Below, one piece after another: positions 49,874-59,412 of a DNA stretch of 60,689 nucleotides (position 1 is the first letter of the stretch; the number at the start of each line of letters is the position of its first letter). The notes under the pieces were generated by a model that saw only the letters and a program-made list of their open reading frames with translations, was not told the DNA's origin and ran no database searches. The position numbers were made by a program, and so were the translations under genes. Origin of the DNA: Ignavibacteriota bacterium (GTDB taxonomy: Bacteria > Bacteroidota > Ignavibacteria > UBA10030); assembly GCA_003142575.1 (NCBI GenBank), contig PLMS01000051.1, forward strand, positions 560 through 61,248. The letters run 5' to 3'.

Positions 49874-50854
49874 ATGGCAAACTTAATTGATGATATTAAA
49901 GCAAAAGCACGGCAATTGAAGAAACACATAGTTCTGCCGGACGCGATGGATGAGCGAGCGATACAAGCAGCAAGGATCATTGTTGATGAGAAAATTGCTA
50001 ACATCTCTCTTATAGGCAGCGAAGAAGCTATTCGTTCTAAAGCTCATCAACTTGGTGTCAGTTTAGAAAACGTTCATATCGTGGATCCAGAGAAATCAGA
50101 AAAATTGAATGAATTTGTTCAGACCTATTTCAATCTCCGCAAAGCAAAAGGAATGCAACAAGAACAAGCGCAAGCTACTATGAGACAACCGTTGTTTTTT
50201 GGCGCAATGATGGTTCGTGAAGGATTGGCCGATGGAAGCGTCGCAGGTTCGCTTTCAACAACCGGTGACGTCCTTCGCGCAGGAATTCAAATCGTCGGAC
50301 TTCCAGAAGGAATTACCGTCGTATCAAGCTTTTTCTTAATGATTTTTCCAAAAACAATTTTCTCATTCGCCGATTGTGCCGTAGTACCGGATCCAACCTC
50401 AGAACAACTTGCCGATATCGCAATTTCAACAGCAGAGAATCATAGAAAATTGACAGGTGAAGAACCGCGTGTGGCCTTGCTCTCATTTTCAACAAAGGGA
50501 AGTGCGTCGCATGCGCTTGTTGAAAAAGTACAAAAAGCAACTCTTCTCGTAAAACAAAAAAAGGCAAGCTTAGTAGTAGATGGAGAACTGCAGCTTGATG
50601 CTGCCATTGTCTCTTCCGTCGCTTCAAAGAAAGCGCCTGGCAGCCCGGTTGCAGGAACAGCAAATGTTCTGATATTTCCAGACCTTAATGCCGGTAACAT
50701 TGGATATAAATTGACTCAACGACTTGCGGGAGCAGAAGCAGTCGGTCCGATTATTCAGGGATTGAAAAAGCCTTGCTATGATCTCTCGCGCGGTTGTAGT
50801 GTGAATGATATTGTAAGCGTCGTAGCAATCAACTCTGTCGCAGGAACTGTTTAA
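49874..50854 (+). CDS. pta: Phosphate acetyltransferase
   Basis: FADCAV.PDP, LSFSTKGS, DGELQ.DAA, FPDLNAGNIGYK, DLSRG. Confidence 0.95.
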   Translation: MANLIDDIKAKARQLKKHIVLPDAMDERAIQAARIIVDEKIANISLIGSEEAIRSKAHQLGVSLENVHIVDPEKSEKLNEFVQTYFNLRKAKGMQQEQAQATMRQPLFFGAMMVREGLADGSVAGSLSTTGDVLRAGIQIVGLPEGITVVSSFFLMIFPKTIFSFADCAVVPDPTSEQLADIAISTAENHRKLTGEEPRVALLSFSTKGSASHALVEKVQKATLLVKQKKASLVVDGELQLDAAIVSSVASKKAPGSPVAGTANVLIFPDLNAGNIGYKLTQRLAGAEAVGPIIQGLKKPCYDLSRGCSVNDIVSVVAINSVAGTV

Positions 50855-50887
50855 TAACCGTTTCTTCAGCTATGGAGCGAACTCGTC

Positions 50888-51955
50888 ATGCGTGGAGTGA
50901 AGGAGCTTGGACGGTACAAATTTTTAGATTTGTACCGCGGTATTATTGTTCTTTTTATGCTTGAGGGTCATGTAGTGCGTGAACTCCTTAAAACCGAGAG
51001 CAAAACGACTTATTTATTTACTCTTCATGAAATTTTCCATGGTGTCACAGCGCCTGGATTTCTCTTTGGCGCCGGTTTTACTTTTGCAATTGCCACTCAG
51101 CGAAGATGGGAGCAATCCATTGCATTCACACATGGTTTTTTTCGGCGTGCGTGGCGGGCTGTATTACTCATCCTTATCGGCTATGCTTTGCATTTTCCAT
51201 TTCTCTCTCTTCAGAAAATTATCTTTCAGGCAACGTCAGCCCAACGGAATGCGTTCCTTCTCTTTGATGTGTTACAATGTATTGGTATTGGCTTGCTGCT
51301 CCTGTGTCTTTTGTTGGTTACAGTAAAACGAGAAAAATTATTCCTTGGAACCTTGACGGTTCTATTCTTTGCAATAGTGTACTCGACACCAATATTTTGG
51401 ACAGCACGTGTACAACAGATTTTCCCTCACACAATTTCATCGGCCGTGAACGGATTAACCAGCTCTTCGTTTCCCCTTTTTCCGTTTGTAGGCTTTTAAT
51501 TCGCCGGTACATGTGTATCATGGCTTTTTCTGCGAGCAGCGCAGGGCGAGCATGAAGAAATCTTCGTCAAATGGTTGATGCTTGCCAGTGCATTGCTTGT
51601 TGCAGTCGGGTTGCTTTTTGATGCACTGCCGTTTCGAGTTTATACGGAATATTTCTTCTGGATACGACTGGGTTTGCTTTTATTGATGCTGGGTGGACCT
51701 TGGTACCTTGAAGACTGTTTTTGCCACTCGCAGGGACTCAATGGCATGGATGCCAAAGTGGTTGACAATACTCGGTGGGGAGGCAGGCTTACTATTGCTG
51801 AATCGATTCTCGTTTTTGTGGGTCTGACGCTAGTGATGATACCGGCATCATTCGGATGGCGTTATCTTAAAAAACAACATCCAGACTTGATGATCGGCAT
51901 TTACTGGTGGATGGGGTTCTGTATAGCGTGGTCATTTTTCTTCAACCCGTACTGA
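50888..51955 (+). pseudogene. DUF1624 / HGSNAT-like membrane acyltransferase, disrupted
   Basis: LD..RG....M..GH, AP.FLF..G, DVLQCIG, FPLFP; in-frame TAA at 51497-51499 with the same frame continuing into the 51575 ORF; 3' part looks shortened. Confidence 0.75.
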
Positions 51956-51957
51956 CT

Positions 51958-51989
51958 AAAAAACCCTGAACAATTTATTGTTCAGGGTT
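51958..51989 (-). terminator. Intrinsic terminator after the PorV/PorQ-like gene
   Basis: aaccctgaacaa / ttgttcagggtt 12-bp stem, T-tract on minus strand. Confidence 0.82.
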
Positions 51990-52019
51990 GCTCAGCTATT
52001 TCTTTCATTTTTAATGCTG

Positions 52020-53036
52020 TTACTCCGTTGTACGTGCAAAACGCGCTTCATGCAATATCATTCGTAATGAAATCCTGTGGGTATCCCCAAGATCGTTCTC
52101 CTCACTAAACCGGGCAAACGAATAGTCAATATCAAGCTTGCGTAAATGAAGCCCTGCACCCAGCGTTAATTGCTTCACATCGTTGTACCCAATGCGGAGT
52201 GCGACAGTGTTTTTATAATCGAATTCAAGCCCCATATGTGGATCAAAGCTGATTGGACCAAGATGGGCGATGGAGGCAAACTGGCGATTCTCAAAGCGTA
52301 CATCCACATCAATCGTTGGTGCAAAACGTCCCTGAAAAAGGTCAATGAAATATGCTGTGCCAAGTTTAAGCGTTGGTGAAATTAATTCGTTCGTGCCAGT
52401 AGACCACGCTACAAGAGTAGTTGTCACATCCTGCATATTAGCAGCCACAAACCAATTCTCCCTTGGTGAATAAAGTACCCCGATATCAAATCCTATTCCT
52501 GTTGCTGAAGCTACTTCTAATCCGCGGCGCAATATTTTAAGATTGATACCGTATGTTAAGTTATTTGACACACGCTTAGAGTAAGTAAAATACAAAGCCC
52601 AATCTGCTGAATTGAAATACGTTACTTTGCTGGGGTCAATAAAATCTGTCGAGTCAAGGATTCCGTTTTGGTTTCTGTCGACCAATGCATTGCGTGAATC
52701 GGGAATGCCGTCCACACCAAGCCGCATTATGCTTACCCCTAATGTCACATCAGTACCAAATGGAATTGCCACTGCGCCAAAATCATAGTTTACTATTCCA
52801 CCAAATCGCTCATCGTGCATGAGCATGAACTCAGGATAGTTGAGGCGTGCAAGTGCAGCTGGATTCCAGTATCCAGCGGAAGCATCATTTGCCAGAGCCG
52901 CATAAGCGCCGCCAAGTCCAAGCGCTCGTCCGCCGACACCGATGGAAAGAAATTCACCTGCGTACTTAGCAATTTGCTGGGCTGATGCGCCTTGAACAAC
53001 AAAAAGCACGATTAAAATTCTTTTTAAAATCTTCAT
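52020..53036 (-). CDS. PorV/PorQ family outer-membrane protein (T9SS-associated, FadL-like)
   Basis: FL.IGVGGRALGLGGA..A...DASA.YWNPA signature; beta-barrel C-terminus. Confidence 0.85.
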   Translation of the reverse strand: MKILKRILIVLFVVQGASAQQIAKYAGEFLSIGVGGRALGLGGAYAALANDASAGYWNPAALARLNYPEFMLMHDERFGGIVNYDFGAVAIPFGTDVTLGVSIMRLGVDGIPDSRNALVDRNQNGILDSTDFIDPSKVTYFNSADWALYFTYSKRVSNNLTYGINLKILRRGLEVASATGIGFDIGVLYSPRENWFVAANMQDVTTTLVAWSTGTNELISPTLKLGTAYFIDLFQGRFAPTIDVDVRFENRQFASIAHLGPISFDPHMGLEFDYKNTVALRIGYNDVKQLTLGAGLHLRKLDIDYSFARFSEENDLGDTHRISLRMILHEARFARTTE

Positions 53037-53216
53037 AGATCACCAAAAACAAAAATACCGAACTCGCTCAGTCGCTGCGTGGTTCGGTGGATAACAACGT
53101 TCGAGAATGAGTGACGATGCACAAAACCAGCATTTCACAACTCTCTCACAATTGCCTATACGCGGTAATCCTTTTTTCTGAATATAAGGTAGAAGATTCC
53201 TTTGAGAGAATCAAGC

Positions 53217-55004
53217 CTACTCGAGACGCTCTGCTCCCAATTCACGCTTGAGCATAGTAAGGATTGGATGTTCCGTTATTGCAGGCACATCCAGGAAAAT
53301 TCCATTTTCCGCATTTATTTTGTCATTAGTTGGCCCCGATGTTGTTACATAGATAGGTTTGACTGGAAGGTCATTGCTCGAAAGCAGAACCGGTTCGATG
53401 GCTATATGTTTGCCGACAACTTGATGAAGGGCACTCACCAAGAAATTCCTATGACGTTTGAGTGTTGAAAAATGATAAGCGTCAGGGCAGGAAATGCGTA
53501 CAATCCCGCCATGGACATCTATCACTTTTGTTTCCATTAACAAGGTGCCTACTGCAATGTGCGTTTTCGATACCTCGCTCACGAAATCAGACCACCGTGC
53601 AATCACTTCTTCTGATGAGACGGATTGAATGGTGGTGGACGATGCAGCAACTCGCGGGGAGGCGTATTCTAATTTGTCAAGCTTCGAGACGCCTGCCAGC
53701 TTCATTAAGTCGATACCAATGAGTGATGAATAGCTGATGGCTGATTTACTACTCAGATAGCCCGCACCAACTTCGCCCATCACTTTGAGTTCGGTGGAGG
53801 GAGAATTTTCACGCTGGGGTGAATCAGCGGCATTCTTCGATAAGCTGCTATTGCTATTATTACTTATTTTTTTTTTCAACAACTCAATCTGTTGAAGTAA
53901 TTCACCAATCTGTAAGGAGCTTTCCATTTTCACCATCTGAATCAATCCTGCTTCAAGACGGTATCGCGGCTGTACCGCCCACCGAAGCGCCTGATCGAGT
54001 TCATTCGTTTGTTTGATATAGCGAAGAATATCCTGCTCGGGAAATTGATGTGCCACTGCTTCATACCGCTTTTTATAATGTTCGGATACTTCAATAAGCT
54101 GCGTAGATTCTGTTGAACGCACAACAAGTAAATTACGGAGATGTTCTGCTAACCCGCCGATAAACTCACGCAAATCGTACCCACTCTTAATGACTTCGTC
54201 TACTAATTGAATGGCCTCACGTATGTTATGATTTTTCAAAATGTCAGATACACGGAAGTAGATATCCTGATCGACTATGTTGAATGCTTTCAGCAGTTCG
54301 ATGGTCTTGATATCTGTGCCGCAAAACGAACGTACTTGATCAAAGATACTTTGTGCATCCCGAAGGGATCCATCGGCTCGCTTAGCTATCACCACAAGCG
54401 CATCTTTTTCGATGGTGATCTGCTCGGCCTTTGCTATAGCAGTAAGCGTGCTGACTATTTCTTCCATTGCGATGCGGCGGAAATCGAACCGCTGGCACCG
54501 AGAAAGAATAGTCATCGGGACTTTATGTACTTCTGTTGTTGCAAAAATAAAAACCACATGCGTTGGAGGTTCTTCTAATGTCTTCAGAAGCGCGTTAAAC
54601 GCCTCTTTTGTCAGCATATGTACTTCGTCGATGATATAGACCTTATAGGAACCATGAGTCGGTGTGTAACGTACAGAATCCCGTAGGTTGCGAATTTCTT
54701 CTACGCCTCGGTTCGATGCACCATCGATCTCAATAACATCAAGACCACGACCTTCGATAATTTCCTTGCAAATTTCACATGTGTTGTCGGGATTTTGATT
54801 GACGGGAGAGAGACAGTTAAGGGCACGGGCAAGAATGCGGGCAGTCGTAGTCTTTCCACACCCACGCGTTCCACTAAAGATGTACGCATGAGCAACCCGG
54901 TTGGATGCAATGGCATTTCGGAGCGTATTTGTTACATGACCTTGACCAACTACATCGTCGAAGATCATGGGTCGCCATTTACGCGCTGTGACCTGATAAC
55001 TCAT
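53217..55004 (-). CDS. dnaX: DNA polymerase III subunits gamma/tau
   Basis: ARKWRP..F, GTRGCGKTT, EIDGASN, IIDEVHML, KTLEEPP, SRCQ, GSLRDA. Confidence 0.96.
   Translation of the reverse strand: MSYQVTARKWRPMIFDDVVGQGHVTNTLRNAIASNRVAHAYIFSGTRGCGKTTTARILARALNCLSPVNQNPDNTCEICKEIIEGRGLDVIEIDGASNRGVEEIRNLRDSVRYTPTHGSYKVYIIDEVHMLTKEAFNALLKTLEEPPTHVVFIFATTEVHKVPMTILSRCQRFDFRRIAMEEIVSTLTAIAKAEQITIEKDALVVIAKRADGSLRDAQSIFDQVRSFCGTDIKTIELLKAFNIVDQDIYFRVSDILKNHNIREAIQLVDEVIKSGYDLREFIGGLAEHLRNLLVVRSTESTQLIEVSEHYKKRYEAVAHQFPEQDILRYIKQTNELDQALRWAVQPRYRLEAGLIQMVKMESSLQIGELLQQIELLKKKISNNSNSSLSKNAADSPQRENSPSTELKVMGEVGAGYLSSKSAISYSSLIGIDLMKLAGVSKLDKLEYASPRVAASSTTIQSVSSEEVIARWSDFVSEVSKTHIAVGTLLMETKVIDVHGGIVRISCPDAYHFSTLKRHRNFLVSALHQVVGKHIAIEPVLLSSNDLPVKPIYVTTSGPTNDKINAENGIFLDVPAITEHPILTMLKRELGAERLE
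53860..53879 (-). other. Putative dnaX slippage / frameshift site (A10)
   Basis: Coding strand reads TTG AAAAAAAAAA TAAGTAA; stops follow at once in both alternative frames. Confidence 0.65.
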
Positions 55005-55046
55005 TTCAACTCAAACCTAGAATAAGTGACACAAACATGACAAGGA

Positions 55047-55074
55047 TACAGAATTCAGAATCCAGAATCCAGAA
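55047..55074. repeat. 7-bp tandem repeat x4 between lon and dnaX
   Basis: tacagaa ttcagaa tccagaa tccagaa. Confidence 0.75.
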
Positions 55075-57507
55075 CTATTTTTTCTTTTCTATGTTCTGTT
55101 TTTTGCCATCTTTTTTCTTCTCGCCAAATACATGCTTCATCGCTTCTTCGATCGTCTCAACAGAAATAATTTCCAATCCTTCTTTCACTTTGTCGGAAAT
55201 TTCTGTTAGATCCTTCATGTTTTCTTTTGGAATCAATACCGTTTTGATACCGCTCCGCTTAGCTGCAAGAAGCTTCTCTGTCAATCCGCCAATGGGAAGG
55301 ACGTTCCCGCGGAGGGTGATTTCACCTGTCATTGCTACGTCGTTTTGCGCGGGGCGGTTGCTTGCCGCAGATATGATGGCCATTGCCATTGTTATGCCTG
55401 CAGACGGTCCGTCTTTTGGAATTGCGCCTTCCGGCAGATGAATATGAATCTCGCGATTTTTATTAAACTCCGGATCAATACCAAATTTCTTTGCATTGGA
55501 ACGAATATAACTTAACGCCGCCTGTGCCGATTCCTTCATCACATCGCCAAGTTGCCCTGTAAGTGTCAGACGTTCTGTACCGCGCATAATCGTCACATCG
55601 ACATTGAGAATCTCTCCGCCAACGCTGGTCCATGCCAAACCGGTGACTGAACCGATGCGCGGTTGCCGCTCGGCGGCTTTTGTTCGATACTTTGGAACAC
55701 CAAGATATTTTTCCACACTTTCCGGAGTAACAAGAATATTCTTTTCTGATTTTTTCTTTTCCGGCTTACCGTTCTTCTGTTGCACTAATACCATTTCCTT
55801 TGCAACCTTGCGGCAAATGGAAGCAATTTCGCGTTCAAGATTGCGCACACCTGACTCGCGTGTATATTCTTGAATGAGTTTCAATATTGTTGCATCTTCG
55901 AACTGCACTTCCTTCGCGTTTAACCCATGTGCCTGAAGTTGTTTAGAGATAATATGCCGCTTCGCTATCTCTTTTTTCTCATGCTCAAGGTATCCCGGCA
56001 GTTCGATAATCTCCATTCTGTCCTGCAAAGGCAGTGGAATAGCAAACCGGACATTAGCCGTAGTAATAAACATCACATCAGACAGATCATAGTCCACCTC
56101 AAGATAATTATCATTGAAAGCATTATTCTGTTCCGGGTCAAGAACCTCCAACAGCGCCGCAGATGGATCCCCTCTGAAATCGGAACTCAGTTTGTCCACT
56201 TCATCAAGACAGAATACAGGATTATTGGATCCCGCCTTCTTGATCAGCTGTATTATCTTGCCGGGCAGAGCCCCGATATATGTTCGTCTGTGTCCCCTAA
56301 TCTCCGCTTCGTCCCTGACGCCGCCCAGCGAAAGTCTGACAAACTTCCTGTTTGTTGCGCGAGCCACTGATTTTGCCACGGAAGTCTTTCCGACACCCGG
56401 GGGCCCAACAAAACAAAGTATGGGGCCTTTATTCTTCTTCACAAGAGATTGAACGGCCAGGTATTCTAAAATCCTCTCCTTCACTTGTTTTAAGCCATAG
56501 TGATCTTCCTCGAGAATTACCTCGGATTCCTTGAGTGTGTGTTTATTTTCCGTCTTCTCGGCCCACGGCATATCCAAGAGCCAGTCGATGTAATTCCTCA
56601 CCACCGTCGCTTCAGCAGACATGGGAGCCATCATCTGCAGTTTCTTAATCTCATGCCTGACCTTCTTATGCGCCTCTTCCGATAATTTCTTTTGTTTTAG
56701 TCTTTTCTCGAGTTCGGCTATTTCATTCCGGAAGTCATCCTTCTCGCCCATCTCTTTCTGGATGGCTCGCATCTGCTCGTTGAGATAGTAGTCTTTCTGC
56801 GTCTTCTCCATCTGTTTCTTGACCCGCCGCTTTATCTTCTCTTCAACCTCCATTATCTCGATCTCTCCGAGCATCAGCTCGTAGACGGCTTCGAGTCTTT
56901 CGTTGACATCGAATATCTCCAATAGTTTTTGCTTTTCCTCAAGCTTGAGGCTTATATGAGAAGCAACGACATCCGCCAATTTCGAAGGACTGTCAATGGA
57001 CGCAATTGTGGTGACCATCTCCATATGCACTTTCTTACCCAGCTTTGCGTAGTTCTCAAAAGATTCACGGATGTTTCTCGTCAAGGCTTCAGCCTTTACT
57101 TGATTTTTGTCATCCAGATCCTCGATCTCCTCAACATTTACCAGGAAGAACTCTTCATTTGCCAGATACTCTCTTATTATGCCCCTCTTCTTCCCTTCCA
57201 CAAGCACCTTTACTGTGCCGTCCGGAAGCCTCAAGAGCTGGATAATAACCCCTATGGCGCCCACCTTATGAATGTCGCTTTCCGCCGGTTCATCCTTTTG
57301 GGCGCTCTTCTGCGCCACCATGAAGATACCTTTTTCGCTTTTCATGGCGGATTCAAGTGCGGCGATGGAGCGCTCTCTGCCTACAAAAAGCGGCACTATC
57401 ATGTGCGGAAATACGACGACGTCTCTCAACGGCAATAGCGGCATTGTCATTTGCTCACGATCATTTTCCTTGTTCTTCAAAAAATCAAACATATCTCTAT
57501 TTCCCAT
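55075..57507 (-). CDS. lon: Lon protease (possibly chimeric)
   Basis: LPLRD N-domain, GPPGVGKTS, LDEVDK, PKDGPSAG catalytic Ser, EK..AA.R. Confidence 0.96.
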   Translation of the reverse strand: MGNRDMFDFLKNKENDREQMTMPLLPLRDVVVFPHMIVPLFVGRERSIAALESAMKSEKGIFMVAQKSAQKDEPAESDIHKVGAIGVIIQLLRLPDGTVKVLVEGKKRGIIREYLANEEFFLVNVEEIEDLDDKNQVKAEALTRNIRESFENYAKLGKKVHMEMVTTIASIDSPSKLADVVASHISLKLEEKQKLLEIFDVNERLEAVYELMLGEIEIMEVEEKIKRRVKKQMEKTQKDYYLNEQMRAIQKEMGEKDDFRNEIAELEKRLKQKKLSEEAHKKVRHEIKKLQMMAPMSAEATVVRNYIDWLLDMPWAEKTENKHTLKESEVILEEDHYGLKQVKERILEYLAVQSLVKKNKGPILCFVGPPGVGKTSVAKSVARATNRKFVRLSLGGVRDEAEIRGHRRTYIGALPGKIIQLIKKAGSNNPVFCLDEVDKLSSDFRGDPSAALLEVLDPEQNNAFNDNYLEVDYDLSDVMFITTANVRFAIPLPLQDRMEIIELPGYLEHEKKEIAKRHIISKQLQAHGLNAKEVQFEDATILKLIQEYTRESGVRNLEREIASICRKVAKEMVLVQQKNGKPEKKKSEKNILVTPESVEKYLGVPKYRTKAAERQPRIGSVTGLAWTSVGGEILNVDVTIMRGTERLTLTGQLGDVMKESAQAALSYIRSNAKKFGIDPEFNKNREIHIHLPEGAIPKDGPSAGITMAMAIISAASNRPAQNDVAMTGEITLRGNVLPIGGLTEKLLAAKRSGIKTVLIPKENMKDLTEISDKVKEGLEIISVETIEEAMKHVFGEKKKDGKKQNIEKKK

Positions 57508-57522
57508 ATATCAGTCTCTTCT

Positions 57523-58785
57523 TTATGCAGTTTCTGCTTTTGTTTCAAAAATCAATATTGGTTTTTCCTTGTTCATGACGACGTCTTCCGTAATCACGCA
57601 CTCCCTTACATCATTCCTGGAAGGCAAGTCATACATGATATCAAGCATCGTATTCTCCAGAATGGATCTCAATCCGCGTGCGCCTGATTTCCTTTCAACG
57701 GATAGTTTGGCTATGGCTCGCAGAGCTCCATCAGTAAATTTCAGTTTAACGTTTTCCAGATCAAATAATACTTTGTATTGTTTTGTGATTGCATCTTTTG
57801 GTTCGATTAATATCTTTACCAATTCCTCCTGATCCAATTCGTTTAGGGTGGCAACCACTGGCAAACGCCCGATAAATTCCGGAATCATGCCGAACTTAAG
57901 AAGGTCTTCCGGCTGAACTTCCGATAGGAGATTGCCTATCTTCTTATGCTTTTTGCTTTTGACATCGGCGCCAAACCCCATGCTTGACGCACTGAGTCTT
58001 TTCGAAATGATGTCTTCCAGATCATTAAAGGCTCCGCCGCAGATAAATAATATGTTCGTCGTATCAACCTGGATAAATTCCTGCTGTGGATGCTTTCTGC
58101 CCCCTTTCGGAGGAACATTCGCCAGCGTCCCCTCTATTATCTTCAGAAGCGCCTGCTGCACGCCTTCTCCTGAAACATCTCTTGTGATAGAAGGATTTCC
58201 CGATTTCTTTGCGATTTTGTCAATTTCATCTATATACACAATCCCTTTAGATGCCCTTTCCACGTCGTAATCAGCATTCTGAAGGAGACTGAGGATGATG
58301 TTTTCCACGTCTTCTCCCACATACCCGGCCTCTGTCAGAGTTGTCGCATCGGCTATTGTAAACGGGACATTGAGAAGCTTCGCCAGGGTCTTCGCAAGAA
58401 GCGTCTTTCCCGATCCGGTAGGACCGATCAATAAAATATTGCTTTTCTGTATTTCCACCCCGTCCAGGTCCACATTCGAGAATAACCTGCGGTAGTGATT
58501 GTAAACAGCAACAGAAAGAACCCTCTTAGGCCTTTCCTGTCCTATTACATACTGATCGAGGAATTTCTTTATATTCCGAGGTTCCGGTATGCCTTTCTGA
58601 AACTCCTCACTGATTGTCGGCTCACATTCTTCTTCAACAATGCATCGGCAAAGTTCAATGCATTCATCACATATATATGCAGCCGGACCGGCAACCAGTT
58701 TTCTTACCTCGTTCTGATTCTTTCCACAGAACGAACAGAATAAGACCCCTTGACCGCCCTGACTATCCTTGCTTTTTCTCACCAT
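57523..58785 (-). CDS. clpX: ATP-dependent Clp protease ATP-binding subunit ClpX
   Basis: CSFC...ICDEC zinc finger, [19 protein letters not shown] loop, MGF loop. Confidence 0.97.
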   Translation of the reverse strand: MVRKSKDSQGGQGVLFCSFCGKNQNEVRKLVAGPAAYICDECIELCRCIVEEECEPTISEEFQKGIPEPRNIKKFLDQYVIGQERPKRVLSVAVYNHYRRLFSNVDLDGVEIQKSNILLIGPTGSGKTLLAKTLAKLLNVPFTIADATTLTEAGYVGEDVENIILSLLQNADYDVERASKGIVYIDEIDKIAKKSGNPSITRDVSGEGVQQALLKIIEGTLANVPPKGGRKHPQQEFIQVDTTNILFICGGAFNDLEDIISKRLSASSMGFGADVKSKKHKKIGNLLSEVQPEDLLKFGMIPEFIGRLPVVATLNELDQEELVKILIEPKDAITKQYKVLFDLENVKLKFTDGALRAIAKLSVERKSGARGLRSILENTMLDIMYDLPSRNDVRECVITEDVVMNKEKPILIFETKAETA

Positions 58786-58801
58786 CCGCCATACCTCTTT
58801 C

Positions 58802-59395
58802 TCAGTTCGGGACTTGCCTCTTTACAATGATCTCATCAATGATACCATATTCCTTTGCCTGTTCGGATGTCATGTAGTAGTCCCTCTCGGTGTCCATCTG
58901 TATCTTCGAAAGAGGTTGGCTCGTCAGGTCTGCAAGGATTACGTTCAATTCTTCTTTCATACGCAGAATCTCGCGTGCCTGTATATCTATATCGGTTGCC
59001 TGACCATAGAACCCGCCAAGCGGCTGATGGATCAGTATCCTTGAATGAGGCAGGGCAGTTCGTCTGCCCTTCTCACCGGCTGCAAGGAGCAATGCCCCCA
59101 TACTTGCCGCCTGACCCATGCAAACTGTGCAAACGGAAGGTCTTATATACCGCATAGTATCGTATATCGCCATTCCCGAACTTACATTGCCTCCGGGCGA
59201 ATTCAGATAAAAGAATATTTCCTTGTCGGGATCGTCAGATTCGAGATAAAGCATCTGTGCAATAATCAGATTTGCGACATCGTCATCAATCGCCGTACCC
59301 AAAAAGATTATCCTGTCTCTGAGGAGCCTTGAATAAATATCAAAGGCTCTTTCGCCTCGTCCATCCTGTTCGATTACCATTGGAATTAAGGGCAT
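58802..59395 (-). CDS. clpP: ATP-dependent Clp protease proteolytic subunit
   Basis: DIYSRLL.DRII, NSPGG, AASMG, IHQP, ERD. Confidence 0.97.
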   Translation of the reverse strand: MPLIPMVIEQDGRGERAFDIYSRLLRDRIIFLGTAIDDDVANLIIAQMLYLESDDPDKEIFFYLNSPGGNVSSGMAIYDTMRYIRPSVCTVCMGQAASMGALLLAAGEKGRRTALPHSRILIHQPLGGFYGQATDIDIQAREILRMKEELNVILADLTSQPLSKIQMDTERDYYMTSEQAKEYGIIDEIIVKRQVPN

Positions 59396-59412
59396 TTTTC
59401 GCCTTCCTTAAT

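Noticed and set aside
874-51499. Stop-codon reassignment as the cause of the in-frame stops (874, 16128, 51497)
   Set aside because: TAA, TAG and TGA all end normal genes here, and two of the affected genes show further lesions.
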